Assembly (NCBI RefSeq): GCF_964188315.1
Contig: NC_135661.1
Coordinates: 75,206,001 to 75,270,000 of the forward strand
Length of the DNA stretch: 64,000 nucleotides
From: Podarcis muralis
Lineage: Eukaryota
Direction: 5' to 3'
Positions 11,393 to 24,500 of the stretch are shown here, piece after piece (the first letter of the stretch is position 1; each line of letters opens with the position of its first letter). Below the pieces are notes generated by a model. It was not told where the DNA came from. It saw only the letters and a program-made list of their open reading frames with translations, and did not search any database. The translations under genes were made by a program, and so were the position numbers.

Positions 11393-13117
11393 TTACTCGG
11401 TGCTGTTTCCAAGGTGGAATAAAGCCACTGGGAATCCTCTACCATTATATTTTGGAGAGTATGGTGTACACACATTGAGTCCCTTTCAATTATTTGTGCC
11501 TTCCAGGACAGCTGCGCTACTAGCACACATGTTTGCGTTAATTAAAACACTGTTAAAAATAAACTGAATTATTTCATTTAAGGTCTTTCTATACACCACA
11601 TTTTGCAGCAGAGCCTGATGATGGCTTGTAGTGTAAGCATTAAAAATATAATGTGTTTGCTTGTTTGTTTGTTTATCTGATCTAATATGCCCACCCTTTG
11701 CACAGGCCATAGGGTGGGGAAGGTTCACAATAAGATCAAGTCGATATATCCCATTTTTATACAGAAACTACTTAAGGTACCTTTTAATGGAATAACAACA
11801 TGAACAACAAAAGAGAAAAGGGGCGGTGGATTTTAGCTCCAAGTTTCCCTCTTCCCAGTGGACTTGCAAATTGTAGCTCTGTCAGTGGAATCATATAGGT
11901 CTCCTAACTACTCTCAGAACCCTTAGCAAAGTAGAGATCCCAGAATTATCTGGAGGAAGCCCTGACTGTGTAAAGTGTTATGACACTGCTTTAAATGTAC
12001 AATGGAGACTGGGTCTTTCTCTGGAGAAAGCCTTTTGCACTGCAACAGCTTCAGGATGTGCAGAAATGCAGTCAGGGAAGACATGCACAACACTATGTCA
12101 GAAACAAAACCCTTTGGGGAAGAGTGTTGGGGCTTTAGTTTTCAGTGACATGTAGGGACGGGACAGTAATATGGTTTGGTTCACACTTTCATGCGAGCAT
12201 CCCTGATTCGCACCTTCCATCCAGCTCCATCAGGCTGTCCCAGTGGAAGAAGCAGGAAGCAGAGCTCCTTCTATCGGCTTTGCTGAAAGACCAGCTGCAT
12301 CAGGTACCTCCTTACCCCTGAACTGTGCCAGCTGGGGATTATAAGAGCAGCTGTTTAGAAATTGGTGTCTGGGTTTGACGTTTTCCTCTTCCCTCCCTAT
12401 TCCGTTTTCCTTGTGTGGCGTTTTTTAGCGGGAGGCTGCAGCTTAGACTGTAACTATCTTGTTTTAATTGATTGTATGTAAGCCACTCTGCGAGCCTTTT
12501 TGAGGGGTACATCTGTTCTAACAGATAAATAATAAATATATGTCACTGTCCTCTGAAATTCACGTGTCTCTGAATTTTGTGACGCTGTTATCCAATCCCT
12601 TCCCCCACAGATGGGAATAACACTCATGCTTATTCGTTCCATTTTCGAATCACTTCCTATCGGGCACCCATAAGTGATTTACAGTATAATAAAGCCTACA
12701 TAAAACAGTTAAATATGTAAATATGTATATAAATATGTTAAATATGTATATAAAAATAGTTTAAAACAACAGTGGCACGTACATCAATCAACACCCAGAA
12801 AGAAACAAACAGAAATAAATGTCTCCATTTGGAAAGCTTGCTGAAAGAGAAGTTTGCTGAAAGGGCAATAGAGAAGGTGTCTCTCTGATTCCAAAGGGTA
12901 TGGGACCACTCACTAAAGGCCTGATTCTGACATCATGCAGAATTTCACATTGCATACCCACTTTGCCATTTCTCCTTAGTCTGGTTAATGAAAAACTTCC
13001 ACTTTGCACCAAGGTAATGGCTGCTTGTTCGCAAGGGGTGTGGTCCATCTGTAATGATGCATTTGCATCGAAGAGCTTTGCTCCAGAGCCCAGCTCAGCT
13101 TCCAGAGACCTCCAGCA

Positions 13118-16100
13118 ATGTGGCAGATCCTTCTCCTGCTTGGCAGTCTGGCCTGCTGCTTGCTTGGCTCCACAATGCTTATTGCTTCTGTGTGTACCAC
13201 TAACTGGATTATTCAGCCCACTCTATTCGGCTATTACTACGAAGGGCTCTGGAACTTCTGTATAGAAGAGCAATGTATGAGCCTGAATCGAGATTGGGGT
13301 GAGTCTTTCTCTGGTGGCCAGTATGCTAAACTCTCGACGGATGTGGGTGGGGTGTTGTTACCAGATCAGGGCTGGCTCACTGATGAGGCAAGGCAAGGTG
13401 CCCACCTTGGGTGCAGAAGCCAAGAGGTGGCAGCCACCTCACCCACCTGCCACGCTGCCACCTCCATCCCTGTACCAGATACTGTTCCTGTGCTTTTGAC
13501 AGCAGCTTAATCTATATGCATCCAGAGTCCATAATGCTTATCTCTAGCCTGTGAAAAAGACATTGCTTGTTAACTCAGATGTGGCAAGCCTCTGGCCCTC
13601 CAGATGTTGTGGACTCCAGCCAGCATGGCCAACGATCAGGGATGATGAGTTGTGGCCCATCAACATCTGGAGAGCCAAGGGTTCCCATCCCGTGGGGAAA
13701 CCCAGCCAGATCTGTGGGGTATAAATAATAAATTATTATTTTGAATTATGGTGCTGGAGGAGACTCTTGAGGGTCCCATGGACTACAAGAAGATCAAACC
13801 TATCCATTCTGAAGGAAATCAGCCCCGAGTGCTCACTGGAAGGACAGATCCTGAAGCTGAGGCTCCAATACTTTGACCACATCATGAGAAGAGAAGACTC
13901 CCTGGGAAAGACCCTGATGTTGGGAAAGATGGAGGGCACAAGGAGAAGGGGACGACAGAGGACGAGATGGTTGGACAGTGTTCTCGAAGCTACAAACATG
14001 AGTCTGACCAAACTGCGGGAGACAGTGGAAGACAGAAGTGCCTGGCGTGCTCTGGTCCATTGAGTCCTGAAGAGTTGGACACGACTAAACAAATAAACAA
14101 CAACAAAAGTTATAACAATACCAAATACATATCCATATACAGAGATTTCTCTACACAGGGGGTAATGGTAGAAGGCAAGCATATCTGATTTTCCAGTATT
14201 ACTAATTCACTGTTGCTTCTCTTTTGCAGCGTACAAAGTGTTTGTTTTAGGATTCCTGAACATGGGAACATTTTCTGGATTCTTGTGCAACCTTCTTTCT
14301 CCACTCTTGTGGGTGTGTGGAAAGAAGGAGCAGATACGAAGAGCTACCTTCAACTCAACTTTCCTGTCAGGTATTGCAGATACAGAACACCCCCCTCTCC
14401 AACTACTCCGTTTCTTTTAATATAGCCACGGGTCTTTAAGTATCAAGAATATGATACTTAAGAGCCACTAAGCTCAAACCAGATCCATAAAATTGTTCCT
14501 GTTTTGCCCTGCACTGGAGGGCAGGACCCAAACCAATGGCTTCAAGTTACAAGAAAGGAGATTCTAGCTGAACACCAAGAAGAACTTTCTGACAGTAAGA
14601 GTGAATGAATGAATTTACTTTATTACGGTCATAGACCAGCATAAGCAAAACATCTAAATAAATAGCATAACAGTATGAATCTAAGCAAATAATTATTAAA
14701 TAAATGGGAGCAAGAACCATACATAGATTTAAACATATACATAGAATACTTAATTAAGCATAGATAATGATTGAGTAAAAACTGATAAGAAAAATTAAAA
14801 GATCAGTCAACACAGCTATATGGGGTGGACTTCAGAAGTGCGGGTCTAACAATATGGGCCTTCAGATTAGGACTGAGTTGTAGCATAGACCATTCTTCGT
14901 CAGATATCTATCATGGCAATCTGGAAAGAGTGGCTCATGTTCTCCTGTCCTGTCCCCTTTATAAAGATCTGAGGAATGAGATCATCACCCCACTCTTACT
15001 TACCATCCCAGGCTGCCCATCTGTGGCCACATTGTTCTTTCTTTCATCAGATCAAAATGATCAGACAACAGCAAAGGTTGCTAGGTTTATCCAGGGTGCA
15101 CGATAATCATGGTCATTTGATCGCCATTTTACCGATTGTTGTCTTTTTAATTGTATATATTGCTTGTTTTATGTTGTTATGGCTGTTGGCTAATGCGAAT
15201 AAAGTTTATCTATCATGGCAGCACAAAATCTGGTGACTAAATATGTGTGTGATGGCCTGGGATTCGGACTCAGACACGGAATCTGAGGAATCCCAGCCTG
15301 CACAGGATTCCCCGCCTCCAGAACCAGCTGAGCCGGGGCTGGGGCCTGAGCCTGAAGGGTCCTCACCTGTGCTGGATCCTCAGGTGCAGGCACCAGCTGA
15401 GTCTGCTCTGGCCCCTGAGGTGATGGAGGGCCCATTGCCTGCAGGTGCCCCACTCTCAGCCCCGTCAGGGGAAGAGGAGGTTGCCTCTGGGTCTGGTAAC
15501 CCTCCAGCCTCTCCTGAGCTACAGAGGCTCAGGGTAAACAGGCAGAGGGAACTATGTTCCCGCTGGAGGAGTGCTCGCCTCCAGGCCAGGAGAGGCGAGT
15601 CACCTGAGGACCGGGGCCGCCCTATGCCTCGGGGCAGATAAAAGGCAGTCAGCCCCTGTCCCAGGTTGCGGGAGCAACGTGGTCACTAGTCTGTTCCTGC
15701 CTGCACCCTGTCCTGCTCTTCTGCCAGAGTTCCTGACCCCACCTGACTCCCTGCCTTGGACCCAGCTGCAGCTTTGATGGACAGCCTCCATACCACACCA
15801 TTGACTTCGGACTGGACTCGGACCTCGCCTCTTGGTAGCCCCCAGGACCAGCACAATGTGACTTCTAGGGTCTTGTCCTGTAGTAATAGGGAGATGTTGT
15901 GTTGTTCTGAACGCCCAGGGAATTTATATAAGATGGGTTGGATAAACCTAGTTCAAATGTCTATATAATACTGGCCATGAAGAAGGGCATGCTCCGTTGT
16001 TTCCTGCTGCCCAGAGCCACATGGACATTTCCTCTCCTCATAAGGTATCTTCCTATAGTGGCCTTCCTGAATTGCTGAAGGGAGAGCCTGACAATGGGCC

Positions 16101-17132
16101 AAAGTGAAAGCCCTTCATTGTTTTGGTATTTCAAGATTGGCTATGTTTTGCATTTGGGAAGTCAAGTATCTTCTAGTTTCACTAATTAAAATTTTTGGGG
16201 GGACAGTAACAGGTGTTCAACAGTGGAACAGACTCCCTTGGGAAGTTGTGGACTCTTATTCCCTGGAGGATTTTAAGCAGAGCTTGGTTGGCTTTAGTTG
16301 AGATTCCTGCATTGCAGGAGTTTGGACTAAATGGCTCTCGGGCTCCTTTCCAAATTGATCAAAAGACCCAAGTGAATAACATCAACAGCCATAAGAATAC
16401 CTTCTAAGCTAGAACCACAGATCAAAATGCACATCGACATGCCTGGGTAGGCTTCCTTAAGCAGAAAAGTTTTTAGGAGTCTGCTAAAGTCGGTGGAAGA
16501 AGATTGGAAGAAATTTAAAGACTATCTACAGAAATATTGTAAAATTAATGAATGTTAGAATGATGCTGGATAAAAAGTTAAGTGGTTTTTAGCTATAACG
16601 CTATAAGGAATATGAAAAAATGGATTATTAACAGGTAAAAATTTAGTGGTATAATATTTTAAGATTAAAGACTAGGATAAACAAAGAGGGAAAGGATTTG
16701 CTGAACTAATAAATTGAATTGGAATACAAAAAAGGGAGGTGTGAGGAGGTCTGGGAAACAAACAAATGAAAAATAAGTGATGGAAAGATGGAATTGTTTT
16801 TTAACTATTTTTATTTTGTATTTTTCTTTTTTCTTTTTTCATTCTGTAAAATCTTAATAAATATCTTTTTAAAAAATATTTCTACCCAGCTTTTCAGGTG
16901 AGATTGGCTCAACAGGGTGAGGTAGTGGGGGTGTGGTAGATAACAGTGCATCTGACTGCTGGCTCTGGAAAGAGTCACCATTGACATGCTTCCGTTTGCT
17001 CGTTCCTAGTGGTTACTACGTTGATTGGAATGAGTGTGTACACAGGGAAATACACTCGGAGTACACCTCTGGAATACCGTGGGTGGTCCTTCATCTTGGC
17101 CTGGTGTAGCTTCTCCCTCTACCTTGTTGCTG
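13118..17132 (+). CDS. Gene A: PMP22/EMP/MP20/claudin-superfamily tetraspan protein (LIM2/NKG7-like), exon 4 not located
   Basis: Exons 13118-13298 (181 nt, MWQILL...NWIIQPTLFGYYYEGLWNFCIEEQCMSLNRDW), 14230-14370 (141 nt) and 17010-17132 (123 nt, VVTTLIGMSVYTGKYTRSTPLEYRGWSFILAW). All GT-AG, phase 1, in frame. W-GLW-C-C signature present. Confidence 0.85.
13740..14105 (+). mobile_element. Bov-B LINE 3' fragment
   Basis: ORF 13767-14063 [37 protein letters not shown] tail. Confidence 0.92.
14880..15215 (+). mobile_element. LINE 3' end with zinc-knuckle-like C-terminus (RTE-X-like), back to back with a similar minus-strand tail at 14603-14880
   Basis: Translation ERVAHVLLSCPLYKDLRNEIITPLL followed by AATAAAG and a short-repeat tail. 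Lies between two halves of a CR1 3' end (about 14520-14600 and 16210-16290). Confidence 0.5.
15248..15855 (+). mobile_element. Solo LTR (Gypsy-type)
   Basis: TGT...ACA termini with a perfect 5-bp TSD ATGTG (15243-15247, 15856-15860). Confidence 0.8.
16470..16875 (+). mobile_element. L1-type LINE 3' end
   Basis: ORF end EEDWKKFKDYLQKYCKINEC*, AT-rich 3' UTR, AATAAA and A tail. Confidence 0.6.
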
Positions 17133-18438
17133 GTGAGTGCGACTAGCAGAAATATCCAGGAGACTGAGGTTTGCTTCCATTCTGATAACAAGAGTTCCTC
17201 TCCCCCCCCCCCCCCATCATTGCATCTGCTATTGTTTCCTGGGATGCTCAATCGCTATATCCTGGGGGAATCAACATGGAGGCCTCCATAGGTTGCGGAC
17301 TTCAACTCCCATCATCCCTGATGGTCTGGCATGATGCCTGGGTCTGATGGGAGTTGTGGTCCAAATCCTCTGGGTGGCACTACAACAACTACTTCAGCTA
17401 TAAACAAACTTGGTTCTCTTATTTGCTTGTTATGTGGAGTCATGGGAAAGGCAGCACAGGGAAAGATAGAAACAGATTATGGTGGTAAGCATATCACTTG
17501 ATGTCAATTGGGCTTACTTTGGAGTAAATATGCTGTGGATGAGGCTGCCAATTTCTTTTCTGTTAGAAGAACGGAAGAGAGATCAGCGGCGAAACACCCA
17601 CTGTGTATGCAAAATGTCCCAGATTCAATAGCCCCCGATAGCTGTTTATGTTGGGGGAGGGAAGAGAGAGAGTCTGCATTTCCAAAAAAGGAATAAAATA
17701 TGGCCCAGATTTGTATAAAAATTGCATGTGTGAACATATGGCAAGGGAGGTGGAAGGTATGGTAAAAAGGAGTGTAAGAAATCTAATAAATAATAATAAA
17801 TGCTTTCATTTTTAAAGTAATTTTAATTGGTTTTCATAAATGTGCAACAAAATGTAGCTAGATAACTAAGCATAACATAATCTTGCCAGTGACCAGTTTT
17901 CATGTCTTTATAATATTTGTTCCTCTTTTAGCTTTCCTTCGGGTTTCTCCCTTGTTGTTCGGTCAGGGTTGTGTGGATACCTCCATCTTCCAGAAGTCAG
18001 CTCCTCCAACTGAAGTATCAGCAATTACCAACGGTCATGACAACAAGATTTGTAGTAATGAGGCTGATGAAATATCTTCCATGTAGACCCTTTTGGTTCG
18101 TATATAAAATAAGTGGCCACCGGATGGAATAAAAGGATTCATTTTCCCGTTCTCCTTTCAGCACTATTACATTATCGGTAATTTTCTAAGCTATAGCCAG
18201 CTTCCATACATTTCTATACCACAGGTCTACTCCCAAATCCTGTAGATTTCAACACGTTTTGGTAATGGATAGCCTTGCTGCAACAAGCAAAATTTCAGGA
18301 GTTTTCTTCTTTTAATGGACTTATTGGACCTTCAGAAATTGACAATGAACACAACTATGGGGTAAATCAATTTCTTCCCATGAAATATGAGAAAATTCTG
18401 AGTATATTAACCCCCCCTCAAAAAAAATTGTATTTTGA

Positions 18439-18921
18439 TGTCAGGGACTGGACAGAGGAGGAATGGTGGAGACCACCTCCCCAGCCTGACCCTTCCAGAG
18501 AAGAAGAAGACCGTTCAGAATTACAACAGGGGTTTGAGGGAGATCACAGCTCAGAGGAAGATGAGGGGGGAAGTTGGTAAATAATGGGAGAGGAGGAGGA
18601 GACAGAGCCGGAGCAGTTGGTTGACATGTTATCACTAGAAAGCATTCCAGACCCACCATCTCCCAGAACCCAGCGAGCCTTAAAAGTAGGAGAGCAAAGA
18701 GCTCAAAGACAGAGGGCCCTCAGTGCCACCCGTAGAAAGGATGACAAATGAGGAAGTGGGAGAGAAGGGGAGGGGAGATTTACCCAGGGCAACACCATTA
18801 TTCCAAGAGGCAGCATTCCCAATCCTCTCTCTGTGAATATTGAATAAAAAGCAATTGATAAGAACTTTTCATTGTCTTATCTGTTCCTGGCGACCTGCCT
18901 TGGGGGTTGGAGCCACTGACG
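18439..18921 (+). mobile_element. Solo LTR-like element
   Basis: TGTCAG...CTGAC(G) termini, purine-rich body, AATAAA (~18843). TSD imperfect. Confidence 0.55.
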
Positions 18922-19394
18922 CCTGATGGTTGGGCAGCCCCACCGCAAGTGGTGGTACGATTGCAATCTCTGCACCACGTTGATACTGTTCCAGAAGTAA
19001 TATGGGACAACTGCACTGGTGTTCTATAGATGCAAGTGGAGAAATAGCCACAATATATCTCACCACAGTGAGGAGGGCAACGACCAGATGAGCTGTGTAA
19101 ACTTGCTCAATTTACTGTTGAAAGTGCTCACTGTGAGTGGGCAGCTTCAAGCCCTCCTCCTCACTTTCCTTTCATGGTGTTCTTTAAAAAAAATTTGAAG
19201 CCAATAAATCAAATCCATACAATAACAATAATAGTGTTCTTTAAATTTAAAGCCATCTTGAACTGGTCAGCCTTCAAAACAGAGGATATCTTCAAACAGA
19301 GCAACTGTATTCTGTGACGTAGGACATGCAGCAATCCTGCCCCTACCACCGAAAGAAACACAGCTAACAGGATTTGGAAATAAATAAAATAAAA

Positions 19395-20035
19395 TAAAAA
19401 TTGTCCAGTAGCACCTTATAGACCAGCTAAGTTTGTTCTGGGTATAAGCTTTCGTGCGCATGCACACTTCTTCAGATACACTGAAACAGAAGTCAGCAGA
19501 CCCTTGTATATAGTGGGAGGGTGGGGTGGGGTATTTCTCAGAAGGGTAGTAGGAGATGGGTGATTGACTCAATGGGTATGGTAAACCTGTTGACGACTGT
19601 TAATGACTGCAATTAGTCCTACAGGAAAAAAAGAGATAGTATGCAGATGGCCAAAAATAGCTTTAGCATGTATAATGAGACAAGAATCTAATGTCTCTAT
19701 TCAGACCAGGTCTCTCCATAGTTTTCAGTTTGGTAATAACTTGTAATTCAGCAACTTTGTGTATGCCATCAAATGCCAGCAGTGCCCTTCAGCTCTCTAT
19801 ATTGGACAAACAGGCCAAACCCTACGCCAAAGGATAAATGGACATAAACCTGACATCAGGAAATACAAGACAGAGAAACCAGTGGGAGAACACTTCAGTC
19901 TTCCAGGACATTCAGTACAAGATCTCAAAGCAGCTGTCTTACTACAAAAGAATTTCAGAAACAGACTTGAAAGAGAAGTTGCTGAATTTACCATACCCAT
20001 TGAGCCAATCACCCATCTCCTACTACCCTTCACAG
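19395..20035. mobile_element. Rearranged Penelope-like element with GIY-YIG endonuclease fragment
   Basis: ORF 19759-20055 YAIKCQQCPSALYIGQTGQTLRQRINGHK...VGEHFSLPGHSVQDLK. An inverted 3' part (19395-19757) carries a hammerhead-like motif at 19442-19479 (-). Confidence 0.9.
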
Positions 20036-21595
20036 TGGATTTGCTCCAAGCTTAGGAAGGGCAGAGGCTAGACCCTAACACAGTGCGACAAGCCCTTCCT
20101 TCTGATCCCAGAGAATGACCCGTCAGCGGTAAGAAGAACACACTCTGCACATGCTCAGACAGAATATTTATTATAACTTTAGATATTCCAGGAATGAGCA
20201 CTAGTGGATTCAAGAGGAGGGTTCTGGAGGAGGCCGGCGACAGCAGCCATTGAGAAGCTCAGGACAAGTGCTCAGCGGTGGCTGTGTTAGAGGGAAAAAT
20301 CATGACATTCCTTGATCGAATCAGAAGCTGGGATGGCTTCTGTAATTCTGGGAGTGTCCCGGAGAAATTGGGACAGTTGAAGGGTATGCATCATTTGTCT
20401 AATGAAAAGATAAGGGCCTAAGGGAACAATGGTACTTGTCAGCTTGGAACACCATTTCATAAATGAGTGAAAGGTCAACAAGATATTGACAGCTGCTAAT
20501 GCCAGCCTGAGAAAATGTGTCACACCCAGCAGCACTCAGTTCTCGACCTTCCACATGGAGAGTCTTATCAACAAGGCTCAGCTCTTTGCTGGAGACTTTC
20601 AACCCCCAACACGTGAGAGGCTGCAGCGACAGGTGTGTGCAGGTGGGGCCAATGGCTTCCCAGCTTCTCTCTCCCTTGTGTGATGTATCAAGCTGACTGG
20701 GTGGCGTAACCATGAAATAGGTCATAACACCTGCCAGAAAGCAAGAGCCGTACATTAGGCAATCCAAGGGCTGTGAACCCTGCTGCCAAACGGCTTGGAG
20801 CCCGTTTTGTTGGCAAGATGCCTTCTGCTATAAAGATCTGATGAGGGGCGGGGGAACCTTTCTGGCTGGATCCCGAGCTTCCCATCCCTGGCTGGCTGCT
20901 TTGACAGGTGGGAGCCAGATCACCTGCCTATCTAGTGCCCAATATCACGATACCAGGTGGAAACTGCGAAGGGGCTCACTCTTAGCATCGATCAGGTGGT
21001 TGAAGCTGACTGCAAGCCTCCCCCCCCCCCAGCTGTACTATGGGGTTCCCAAGCACAGCTAATCCCAGTGGGGATCTCTGTCAGTGCTGTTCCTTTATAG
21101 CCATGTTTTTATATGCCCCAGACCTGACAGATGTGGGGCAGCTGGGGGCGGCTTGTAGAAAACAGCCTTGTGGGTCGTGTTTAGCACTCCTGCCGGGTCT
21201 AATTTGTCTCATGGACTGGCGGTTAACCATGTTTAATAATCTATGATGATGATGATGATGATGATGTCTGCCCTGCTACCAACACACAGTGGTTTAAGGA
21301 AAGGAAGAGGGAACAGGACGGAAAGTCCCAATTCATACCGTTCCAATGACTTCCCTTTGCACCATATGGGCCGACTGTACGTATGTCTGACTTTGAAAAA
21401 CTTTGCACTTTGTACGCAGCTAATGATAGCTTGCATCACACACGCCAGGGATATTCTCTGTGCTTAATATCTTTGCTGCTTCCTGTTCCTTTTCCTCCCT
21501 CTTGCCTACGGTGTTCCTATGCGATAGCACCGAAGAGCTTTGACTAGTTCTGCAGTTCTTCCGCCTAAAGATCCACCTTAAGAAGACCGCCGGCA

Positions 21596-24500
21596 ATGTG
21601 GCAAGTCCCTTTTCTCAGATTTGGCTGCCTGGGTCTGCTAACACTCAGCACGGCGATGCTACTTACTGCTATGTTTACTGGGCCCTGGGTTGTTTGGCCT
21701 TCCATTTTCGGACCTGCTTATGAAGACCTCTTAAAGCAGTGTTTCCTATCAACCTGCACATCCCTGGAGCGAGATTGGGGTAAGTGGCTGGTTGGTGACG
21801 ATCACTCCAAACATCTTGGATGAAATGCCCCCATCTAGGGCAGCATGCACTCCAACATTTCTCTGATGAAAATAGAGACCCCACCCACCAGACTGGGTTG
21901 CCCCAGCCACTCTGGGTGGCTTTCAACATACATAAAAACATAATAAAACATTAAATATTTTTTAAAAAATCTTCCCTATACAGGGCTGCCTTCAGAAGTC
22001 TTCTATAGGTTGTATAGTTACTTATCTTCTTGGCTTGGGGGGGGGGGTTGCATAACTCCATAACCTCCAACATTTATCCAATTAAAATAGGGACGTCCAA
22101 AGTAAAGCAGGACATTCCGGGATCAAATTAGAAACTAGGTTGGCTTCTGTAAATCGGATTACTATCTTTGGAAAATGGGGACACTTGGAGGGTATGGGTT
22201 TGCCAACTTTTCTTCTTCTTCTTGCCAGTCGCTGCTCCTCTGTTTTTTAACAGCAGCTAGATCTAGATCTTATCTTATATCCCTGTTCAGGGAAGTTTTT
22301 AATGTGTGACATTTTAATGTATTTTTAATCTTTGTTGGAAGCTGCCCAAAGTGGCTGGGGAAACCCAGCCAGATGGGCGGGGTACAAATAAATTATTATT
22401 GTTATTATTTACAGTGGTAGCTCCAGTTGTGCATGGAATCCGTTCTGGAGCTCTGGTCGGATCCTGAGGAATCCGCAACCAGAGGTGCTGCTTCTGGTTT
22501 TTTTTATATATATAATTTTTATTAACCGGCCAATCAAATCAAATTAAATCACATCACATAAATTCCGAATTACAAAGCCGAATTTTAAATTTTGTTGGGG
22601 GGACCCATATTTCAAGATCCGAAGGGGGATTCTGATCATCTTCTTGCTACTGCGTTAATGTCCAAATCAGTCCAAATCAGTCCAAACAGAGTTCATAATT
22701 CTATCCAGTCTTATCTTGCTGTTTCCACATCACATCTTGTTCATATATTTTCTTTTTTTTCTTTATGATCTCTTTTGATAGTCTCCTTAAGCCGATAAAC
22801 AGCAATAATAATCCTGTGTGAATTTTTCCGTTCTTCCAATCCTCAAATCGAGATGGTTTCCATATATCATCGCCTTCATAGATAACATCGCTCTTTCCAT
22901 CATTAATCTCGCAAAACTGTCGCTTTTAAGTCCCTCTGAGGAGTTTCACCCACAATATAAAAACAGCTCTATTTCTCTCTTTCTCCTCCCAGACTCAAGA
23001 CCTCCGACAGAACTTCCCAATATGTCGACGGCATTTTTAACTGCGTCATTCCAAAGCTCTTATACATTCCACGCTCTTCTTAAAACATGCTTTGGTTTGA
23101 AAGTGTATCTCCACACAGCTTTAAATCCACAGCTTAAGTCCTTAAAACGACATTTCTTGTTTAATCACATAACGGGATTCTTGTTTAATCATATAAGGAA
23201 AGAAAGGAAAGTTTTTTCCCCCTCCCCCATCAGTCATTTGCCATACCGAGTCTTGGCGTATCTTCTCATGATTTAATGTTGTCTTGTTTTATCAGAGATC
23301 TCTTCTGTTAGCAGTCTTTACTCCCCCTCCTTCCTTGAAATATGTGCATTCCTTCATCCAAATTGTTTCTTTTGAAGTTCTTGCAGCTAGTGGCGCGGAT
23401 CAGGGACGGCGTCCAGGAGCACCGAAATCCCACAGGAGGGCTTTGTGCCTAGTGCCCCCATCCCCACAAATTCGGGGGTGGTATAGGGCACAGCAGGCAA
23501 GGCAGTCCCCCCCCACCATCCTGGGGGGGTAGGGAGGCTAATTACTCCCATCATAGCCTCCAAATTACCTCGTGTGGGTTGGAGAGATGTTATTGTCAGC
23601 CATCTTCCGATGCGCCCCCTAGTGCCCCCCCAGAGGTGCTGCTTCTGTGCATGGTGCATAGAGTGCTTCTGTGCATGTGGAGAAACTCAGAAAAATACTT
23701 CTGGGTTTGCCACATTCGCATCCTGAAGGATACACAACCGGAGATGTTTGTGTCCAGAGGTACCACTATATATCTCATCTCCATGTCAAACAGAGCGCCC
23801 TTTGCTAATAATTCCTGCATATAAAGCTCGTCTCAAATGCACACGAGCAATTTCTAGCCTTCTCCTCCTGTTTCTTCTTCCTGGGTTTGAGCTAACGCAG
23901 AATCTCCCTTTCTCATGTGAGATAAATGTAATCCTGTGGCTAATTTCAGGACATGCTCAGTCCTCGGTAAAAGGGGAGGGAGAGGTAATGCCTGGAAGCA
24001 ATTGACTCTGGAGATGAAAGGTAGTCACACCCACACCAGACATTTAAAGCACTTGTAACAAACTACAGTTCCCAGGATTCTTTGGGGTAGGGGGAAGCCA
24101 CAACGGTTAAAGTGCTTTAAATGTACATGATGCTGTAGCATACTAGACTCATAAATTAACCTTGCAAAAGGGAAGGACAAAAACAAACTCCCCCTCCTAA
24201 GAAATTCCAGAGCATTGGTGCCACATGATGACAATGATTACTGTTGTTTCTCTTTTGCAGTGTACAATGTCACTGTCATAGGATTCCTTGTGCTTGGGGC
24301 AACCGATGGAGCCATTCTGGTTGTTGTTTTCATGTGGTTCTCCATCTGCAAGAAAAGCAAGAGGGTGAACAAGTTAATGAACAAACATGGTGCTGTGCCA
24401 GGTATTTCAGTCACTGAATGTCCCCTTCTGCCCAGTTCGGGGTTGACTTTCCTGACCCGTCATGCTCAGGAAGTTTCTAGGTGGGCCTGAACTGTACCTC

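Noticed and set aside
15243-15641. 132-aa Pro/Glu-rich ORF
   Set aside because: Lies within a solo LTR bounded by a 5-bp TSD.
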